A stretch of DNA of 64,000 nt from Stellaceae bacterium (GTDB lineage: Bacteria > Pseudomonadota > Alphaproteobacteria > ATCC43930 > CGMCC-115725), in the NCBI GenBank assembly GCA_035945115.1, contig DASZAN010000123.1, positions 28,073 to 92,072 on the forward strand, written 5' to 3'. The translations under genes were made by a program, and so were the position numbers. The notes under the pieces are model-generated. The model ran no database searches. It was not told where the DNA came from and saw nothing but the letters and a program-made list of their open reading frames with translations. This document shows positions 58,327 through 64,000 of the stretch, piece by piece. Every line of letters begins with the position of its first letter. Position 1 is the first letter of the stretch.

Positions 58327-59436
58327 TCACTCCCCCGCCAGCCGCGCGCGGCGTTCGGGGAAGAGCGCGAGCAGTCCCTCGCGCGAAGCTGGGCACACGC
58401 CGCGTTCGGTGATGAGGCCGGTGACGAGGCGGGCCGGTGTCACATCGAAGGCGTAGTTGGCGGCGGGGCTGCCGTCGGGGACGAGGCGCACACGCGCGGT
58501 GGTGCCGTCGGCAAGGCGGCCGGCGATTTCCGTCACCTCGCTCGCATCGCGCTCCTCGATGGGAATGGCGCGCCCGTCCTCGATCGACCAGTCGATCGTC
58601 GGCGAGGGCAGCGCGACGTAGAAAGGAACGGCATTGTCGTGCGCGGCAAGCGCTTTCAGATACGTGCCGATCTTGTTGGCGACGTCGCCCGCCGCGGTGG
58701 TGCGGTCGGTGCCGACGATGGCGAGATCGACGCGGCCATGCTGCATCAAATGGCCGCCGGCGTTGTCGACAATGACGGTGTGGGGGATGCCTTCCTGGCC
58801 CAATTCCCAGGCGGTGAGGCTCGCCCCTTGATTGCGCGGTCGCGTCTCGTCGACCCAGACGTGAAGCGGGATGCCCGCTTCCTGCGCGGCGTAGATGGGC
58901 GCGAGCGCGGTGCCCCAATCGACCGTGGCGAGCCAACCGGCGTTGCAGTGGGTGAGCACGTTGACGGGCTCGCCGCCGCGCTTCTTGCGCGCCGACGCTT
59001 CGATGACGGCGCGGCCGTGGCGACCGAGCGCGCGATTCATCGCCACGTCCTCCTCGCAAATCTCGTCGGCGCGCGCATAAGCGGCGGCGGCGCGATCTTT
59101 TTCGGCGAGCGGCGCCAGGAGCGCACGCATCTCCTCGAGCGCCCAGCGGAGGTTGACGGCGGTGGGGCGCGTCGCCAGCAGCACGCGGCAGGCGTTCTCG
59201 AGCGCGGGATTGCAAGGGTCTTCGCGCATCGCCAGCGCCACGCCATAGGCCGCGGCGGCCCCGATGAGCGGCGCGCCGCGCACCAGCATGGCACGGATGG
59301 CATGCGCCGCGTCCGTCAGCGTCGCAAGGCGGGCGATGACGAGCTCATGCGGCAGCTCCGTTTGGTCGATGATGCCGACGGTGGCGCCATCCGGCTCAGG
59401 CCAAATGGTGCGCATGGGTTTGCCGTTGACACGCAT
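58327..59436 (-). CDS. mtnA: S-methyl-5-thioribose-1-phosphate isomerase
   Basis: eIF-2B alpha/beta/delta fold ([40 protein letters not shown]). Confidence 0.85.
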   Translation of the reverse strand: MRVNGKPMRTIWPEPDGATVGIIDQTELPHELVIARLATLTDAAHAIRAMLVRGAPLIGAAAAYGVALAMREDPCNPALENACRVLLATRPTAVNLRWALEEMRALLAPLAEKDRAAAAYARADEICEEDVAMNRALGRHGRAVIEASARKKRGGEPVNVLTHCNAGWLATVDWGTALAPIYAAQEAGIPLHVWVDETRPRNQGASLTAWELGQEGIPHTVIVDNAGGHLMQHGRVDLAIVGTDRTTAAGDVANKIGTYLKALAAHDNAVPFYVALPSPTIDWSIEDGRAIPIEERDASEVTEIAGRLADGTTARVRLVPDGSPAANYAFDVTPARLVTGLITERGVCPASREGLLALFPERRARLAGE

Positions 59437-59487
59437 ATTCTTACTTTATCCCGCGATCGTCGCTTGTGCCAGCCGACCAACGCTGTA

Positions 59488-59612
59488 GAGGCGATGTGCG
59501 TCCTTCGACAGTCTCAGCCCTTCGGCAAGCTCAGGGGAGGAAGATCGGGTCAGGCATCTATCGAGGAGCCACCAGAAAGCGCCTCATCCTGAGCCTGTCG
59601 AAGGACGCATCG
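59488..59612. repeat. REP/MITE-like element: about 27-bp imperfect inverted repeats (gcgatgtgcgtccttcgacagtctcag / cctgagcctgtcgaaggacgcatcgc) flanking about 60 bp
   Basis: Inverted repeat read directly from the sequence, in the mtnA-amidohydrolase intergenic region. Confidence 0.5.
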
Positions 59613-59685
59613 CGGTTTTGCAGCCATATTGCCGCCCGGCACCATGCGGCCTACCCTTAGGCAAAAGTATCGGGAGGGTTCGGCC

Positions 59686-61116
59686 ATGTCCTTCGAGGGA
59701 TTTCCCGGCAGCGCCGTGCGCGAGAAGCTCGATCATCCCGTGATCGATGCCGATGCGCATGTGGTGGAATGCGATTTCGCGCATCAGGACTTGGTGGGCG
59801 AGATCGCCGGATCCGAAGTGTTGAAGCGGGTGCAGCAGGAGCGCGCCGCCCACGGGCCGACGGTCCGCGGTTTCTGGTGGGGACTACCGTCCGGACCCCA
59901 TACCGCCGACCGCGCACTCGCGATGCTGCCGCGCTATTTCCGCTCCAAGCTCGATGAATGCGGCATCGACTTCGCGCACTGCTACACGACGCGCGGCTTG
60001 AGCCATATGTTCATCACCGACGAGGCGGCGCGGCGGGCGAGCTGTCGCGCGCTCAACATGCTCTATGCCGAGATGTTCGCCGATGTTGCCGACCGCGTAC
60101 GGCCGGTTGCGATCATTCCGACATACACGCCCAAGGAGGCGATCGAGGAGCTCGACTTCGCCGTTAACGAGCTCGGCTTCAAATCGGTCATGATCGGCAC
60201 CGAGCTGCGCGGCCCGGCACGGCGCGCGACCGGCGGCGATCCCTTCCTCGAGGCGCCGCAGGCGACGCGCTCGATCGCGATGGATGCGCCTTACGACTAT
60301 GATCCCTTCTGGCGGCGTTGCATCGAGCTCAAGATCGCGCCCGCCTGCCACACGCCGTCCCGCGGCATCGGCTATCGCTGCTCGCCCTCGAACTACGTCT
60401 ACAATCATCTCGGCGACTTCGCCAATGGCGCCGAGTTCTTCTGCCGCTCCCTGATTTTTGGCGGTGTCACCCGGCGCTTTCCCAATCTGAGCTTCGCCTT
60501 CCTCGAAGGCGGTGTCGCCTGGGCGGTCAATCTCTTGAACGACATCGTCGAGCATTGGGAAAAGCGCAATCCCGAAGCGATGGCGCGCAATCTCGATCCG
60601 GCGAAGCTCGATGTGGATCTGCTCGAGCGGCTCTTCCGCGAATACGGCACGAAGCGCCTCACCGCCGAGCGCTTCCGCGCCGAGCCGCATGGCGCGCTCT
60701 CGACCGGACATGCCGCCGGCCCCAATGAATTCGCCGCCTGCGCGCTTCGCGATGTGCGGGAGCTCCGCGAGCTCTTCATCGATCCCTTCTATTTCGGCTG
60801 CGAGGCCGACGACCGCATGGTGAGCGTCGCCTTCAACCGCCGGCTCAATCCGGTGGGCGCCACGCTGAAGGCGGTCTTCGGCTCCGATATCGGCCATTGG
60901 GACGTGCTCGACGCCAAGAGCGTGGTGACGGAAGCGTGGACGATGGTCGAGGCGAAGCTGCTCACACCAGAGAACTTCCGCGACTTCACCTTCGTCAATC
61001 CGGCGATGCTCCACCTCTCGATGAATCCCGATTATTTCGCGGGCACCGTCGTCGCCGAGGACGCACGAAAGCTGCTCGCTACATCTGCGCCGCAGAAGGC
61101 CGCGGCGCGCGCCTAA
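59686..61116 (+). CDS. amidohydrolase family protein (amidohydrolase_2 / ACMSD-like metal-dependent hydrolase)
   Basis: DADAHVVE metal-binding His motif and a TIM-barrel hydrolase fold. Start at MSFEGFPG. Confidence 0.7.
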   Translation: MSFEGFPGSAVREKLDHPVIDADAHVVECDFAHQDLVGEIAGSEVLKRVQQERAAHGPTVRGFWWGLPSGPHTADRALAMLPRYFRSKLDECGIDFAHCYTTRGLSHMFITDEAARRASCRALNMLYAEMFADVADRVRPVAIIPTYTPKEAIEELDFAVNELGFKSVMIGTELRGPARRATGGDPFLEAPQATRSIAMDAPYDYDPFWRRCIELKIAPACHTPSRGIGYRCSPSNYVYNHLGDFANGAEFFCRSLIFGGVTRRFPNLSFAFLEGGVAWAVNLLNDIVEHWEKRNPEAMARNLDPAKLDVDLLERLFREYGTKRLTAERFRAEPHGALSTGHAAGPNEFAACALRDVRELRELFIDPFYFGCEADDRMVSVAFNRRLNPVGATLKAVFGSDIGHWDVLDAKSVVTEAWTMVEAKLLTPENFRDFTFVNPAMLHLSMNPDYFAGTVVAEDARKLLATSAPQKAAARA

Positions 61117-61752
61117 CTAGCGCACGCCGCCGAATCGTTCGCCGGCGATGATCGGGTCGGCGATGATGCGGATTTCTTCGATCGGCGGGGCCGAATCTGC
61201 CGTCCCCTTCGGCGGCCGGATCGCGATTTGGGCGCCAAGGATGATGTCGACGGCAAGCCCGTCCTTGCTCAGCTGCAGCAAAATCGCCTCGGTCAGCATC
61301 CACTCACGGCCCGGGATGTAGAAGACGGTGCCCTTGCACGCGACCGGCCGCGCATTGTCGACAACCGCGCTGTTGATTTTCTGCAATTCCGCCGCTTGCT
61401 CTGCGCTGTAGTTCGTCGCGTCGACGGTGCGGCCGGTGAAGTCGCGCCCGAGAAATTCGCAAATGGCGGTGCCGATGAGCCGATACTTGAAGCGCAACGG
61501 ATCGCGCTCAACGCCGACCATGAACACATACGGCAGTAGCCGCACGATCTCCGTGGGATCGATGTCGGCGCGTTGCGGCATGGCGCGGCCGCGACGCTTG
61601 TCGTTCCAATAGCGATAGATCGCGACGAGCGTCGGGTGCGTGATCTCGTCTGAATGCTGCGATGCCGCGTCAGCCACAGCCCAAGCTCCGGCAAAGAATG
61701 GCCCCGGCGCAAGTTTTAGCATCGCTCCTCGTGTCGCCCGGTTAACGCTCAT
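61117..61752 (-). CDS. PAS-domain protein (small stand-alone PAS, DUF1457-like)
   Basis: [27 protein letters not shown] ... [16 protein letters not shown]. Confidence 0.55.
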   Translation of the reverse strand: MSVNRATRGAMLKLAPGPFFAGAWAVADAASQHSDEITHPTLVAIYRYWNDKRRGRAMPQRADIDPTEIVRLLPYVFMVGVERDPLRFKYRLIGTAICEFLGRDFTGRTVDATNYSAEQAAELQKINSAVVDNARPVACKGTVFYIPGREWMLTEAILLQLSKDGLAVDIILGAQIAIRPPKGTADSAPPIEEIRIIADPIIAGERFGGVR

Positions 61753-61942
61753 ATTCACGTTTTGTTCTAAGCGTTCTTTTCGGATCGACGCGGCGCTGCG
61801 CCACGACAACCACTGCAGGCGTGCGCTCACGGCGGGTCAATTCGTTGTGAAGACACGGTCTCGTCATCATGGCGTCTGCGCTTGCCTGATAGCGTTCCAG
61901 AAAGCGCGAGAGAGCGCTCGCTCTTTTTCTGGGAGAAACAGT

Positions 61943-63106
61943 ATGCCCCGGCTTTTTGAACCGTCGATGGATGTGCGACGCATCGCGACGCGTCTTGCTC
62001 CGCTCGCTGCTCTTGCTGCATGGGCCCTTGCGATCCCCGCTTTCGCCGACCCGCTCGATCTCCCGCGCGAGAGGGTGACTCTGGTGGCCCCGCCCTTCGT
62101 TCATGCCCATGAGCAAGCGACGACGGCCGGTCCCAAGATCATGGAATTCCGCCTCGTCGCCGAAGAAAAGCCGATGGTTATCGACGCGGCCGGCACGACG
62201 GTGCAGGCGATGACCTTCAACGGCTCGATCCCCGGTCCGCTCATGGTCGTACATGAGGGCGATTACGTCGAACTCACCCTGGTCAATCCCGCCAGCAACA
62301 CCATGGCGCACAACATCGACTTCCACGCCTCGACCGGCGCACTTGGCGGCGGCACGTTGACGCTGGTCAATCCCGGCGAGGAGGCGGTGCTGCGCTTCAA
62401 GGCGACGCGCGCCGGCGTCTTCATCTATCACTGCGCACCGGGCGGGCCGATGATCCCCTTCCACGTCGTCTCCGGCATGAACGGCGCCATCATGGTCCTG
62501 CCGCGCGAGGGGCTCAGCGATGGCCAAGGCCACGCGCTCCACTATGACCGCGTCTACTACGTCGGCGAGCAAGACTTCTATGTGCCGCGCGACGATAAGG
62601 GGCACTACAAGACCTACAAGGCCCCGGCCGATGCCTTCAACGACACGGAAAAAGCGATGCGCTCGCTGGTGCCGACGCATGTCGTTTTCGAGGGCCGCGT
62701 CGGCGCGCTCACCGGCAAGGACGCGCTCACGGCCAAGGTGGGCGAGACCGTGCTCATCGTCCATTCCGAAGCCAATCGCGATTCCCGCCCGCATCTCATC
62801 GGCGGCCATGGCGATTACGTCTGGGAGACCGGCAAGTTCGCCAATCCGCCGGAGAAGGATCTCGAGACCTGGTTCATCCGTGGCGGTTCGGCGGGCGCAG
62901 CGCTCTATACCTTCCGCCAGCCCGGCATTTACGCCTATCTCACGCACAATCTCATCGAAGCGGTCGAGCTCGGCGCCACCGCCCATTTCAAAGTCGAGGG
63001 CGAGTGGAACAACGATCTGATGACACAGGTCAAACCGCCCTCGCCGATCGCCGCCGAAGGGTCCAGCACGGCGCTCGCGCCCTCGCGCGCTCCCGTCCGC
63101 TACTAA
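61943..63106 (+). CDS. nirK: copper-containing nitrite reductase
   Basis: Tat/Sec signal, then the type-1 and type-2 Cu ligand motifs ([20 protein letters not shown]). Confidence 0.9.
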   Translation: MPRLFEPSMDVRRIATRLAPLAALAAWALAIPAFADPLDLPRERVTLVAPPFVHAHEQATTAGPKIMEFRLVAEEKPMVIDAAGTTVQAMTFNGSIPGPLMVVHEGDYVELTLVNPASNTMAHNIDFHASTGALGGGTLTLVNPGEEAVLRFKATRAGVFIYHCAPGGPMIPFHVVSGMNGAIMVLPREGLSDGQGHALHYDRVYYVGEQDFYVPRDDKGHYKTYKAPADAFNDTEKAMRSLVPTHVVFEGRVGALTGKDALTAKVGETVLIVHSEANRDSRPHLIGGHGDYVWETGKFANPPEKDLETWFIRGGSAGAALYTFRQPGIYAYLTHNLIEAVELGATAHFKVEGEWNNDLMTQVKPPSPIAAEGSSTALAPSRAPVRY

Positions 63107-63124
63107 GCCGATCGCGCCGGGACG

Positions 63125-63871
63125 ATGCGGCCCACATCGATCCCGATCATCGCCGCAACGGCTTTCATCGCGCTCGCCGCGATGGCGCCGCGCATCGATG
63201 AGAAAGCGAGCGAGGCGCCGGACATGGTCGTGCTCGCGCCGCAGGTTTTCCTCTATCCGATGGCGGGCGACTTCACGCGCGGCGGAAAGCCGGCGGCGGT
63301 GCCGCTACGCGAGATGCGTCCGCCGCGCCCGCTCGCGATCATGCGGCGCGAGGTGACCGCGGCGGAATACCGGCGCTGCATCGAGGACGGCGGCTGTCTC
63401 GATGTGCCGGGCCTCGCGGATGCGGGTGAACACCCCGCCGTCACGGTGAGCTGGCGCGATGCCACCGCCTATGCGGCGTGGCTCTCGCGCCGCCTCGGCG
63501 CCACATATCGTCTGCCGACCGACGAGGAATGGGCGTTCGCCGCCGGAAGCCGCTTCACCCCGCTCGCCGCGCAGGCAAGCGGGAATGATCCCGGGGCGAT
63601 TGCGCTCGCCGCCTACGAACGGGAAGCGGCGCTGGCGGTTGCAGCGGATGGAGCGACGAACGCCAACGAGAACGGTCTTTTCGACCTCACCGGCGCCCTC
63701 GCCGAATGGACCGACACCTGCTATCGCCATGTGGAACTCGATGCAGGTGCCGCGCCAGTCGTCAATTGCGGCATCCGCGTCGTCGAAGGCAGCCACCGCA
63801 CCTATATGCCGGACTTCATCCGCGACCCCCGCGCGGGTGGCTGCTCAATAGGCGCGCCGCCTAGAGTCTGA
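63125..63871 (+). CDS. nirV: formylglycine-generating-enzyme (SUMF1) family protein NirV
   Basis: FGE-sulfatase domain immediately downstream of nirK, in the conserved nirKV arrangement. Confidence 0.8.
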   Translation: MRPTSIPIIAATAFIALAAMAPRIDEKASEAPDMVVLAPQVFLYPMAGDFTRGGKPAAVPLREMRPPRPLAIMRREVTAAEYRRCIEDGGCLDVPGLADAGEHPAVTVSWRDATAYAAWLSRRLGATYRLPTDEEWAFAAGSRFTPLAAQASGNDPGAIALAAYEREAALAVAADGATNANENGLFDLTGALAEWTDTCYRHVELDAGAAPVVNCGIRVVEGSHRTYMPDFIRDPRAGGCSIGAPPRV

Positions 63872-63872
63872 T

Positions 63873-64000
63873 CCATTCAGGTTGAAGCGTAGCCTGCGTT
63901 TCGGAAGTAGTTGGCGCACTCTTGCGGCGAGACGCTGCTGAGGAGGGTTCCGATCTGGCGCCATGTGTCCTCGACGGTTCGCTTGGCGGCTTTGCGGAGC
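63873..64000 (-). other. partial ORF at the window edge; the C-terminus resembles a DDE transposase tail (...ECANYFRNAGYAST*)
   Basis: Only 42 codons are visible, so the assignment is tentative. Confidence 0.25.

Noticed and set aside
59884-61014. 376-aa minus-strand ORF
   Set aside because: Antisense to the amidohydrolase gene.

Overview
This is a high-GC (~65-68%) window from an alphaproteobacterial chromosome, most likely a Rhizobiales/Hyphomicrobiales-type genome. About two thirds of it is ordinary core genome; the rest is a rearranged accessory stretch plus a large tRNA array.

Core housekeeping genes include proC, a YbjN-family gene, ubiK, hldD, lgt, a MidA-type methyltransferase gene, pgeF, and the prs-rplY-pth-ychF block. 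The window ends with copper nitrite reductase nirK and its partner nirV.

Two regions stand out:

- **tRNA gene array (about 37.5-42.1 kb).** Roughly 33 tRNA genes are packed head-to-tail with 2-8 nt spacers between the tRNA genes, most with encoded CCA, covering nearly all 20 amino acids. Many have non-canonical architecture (details in findings). The array is preceded by a low-GC segment with a rho-independent terminator, an isolated tRNA-Ala, a long perfect hairpin, a small GIY-YIG nuclease gene and a Cys-rich hypothetical, and by two degenerate tRNA-like genes on the minus strand. It looks like an accessory, possibly horizontally acquired, translation module.
- **Mosaic accessory stretch (about 17.9-26.7 kb).** It contains five paralogs, two of them degraded, of a Tat-signal ABC-type substrate-binding protein of the PF04392/COG2984 type, all sharing a conserved upstream element. 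It also holds a duplicated junk fragment copied from the aminotransferase 5' region, an IS5-family transposase remnant, a frameshifted rhodanese, an alpha/beta hydrolase and a patatin-like phospholipase.

Other content: a FIST-PAS histidine kinase; a GntR-controlled amino-acid ABC transporter placed divergently from an FAD-oxidoreductase plus PotABCD-like transporter; and a redox/detox cluster (OsmC, dienelactone hydrolase, pirin, ArsR-SRPBCC, two GSTs, a Bcp remnant, VOC). A fused class-II aldolase/SDR sits next to mtnA, suggesting a DHAP-shunt-like salvage route. REP-like G/C-rich palindromic repeats occur at several intergenic sites.
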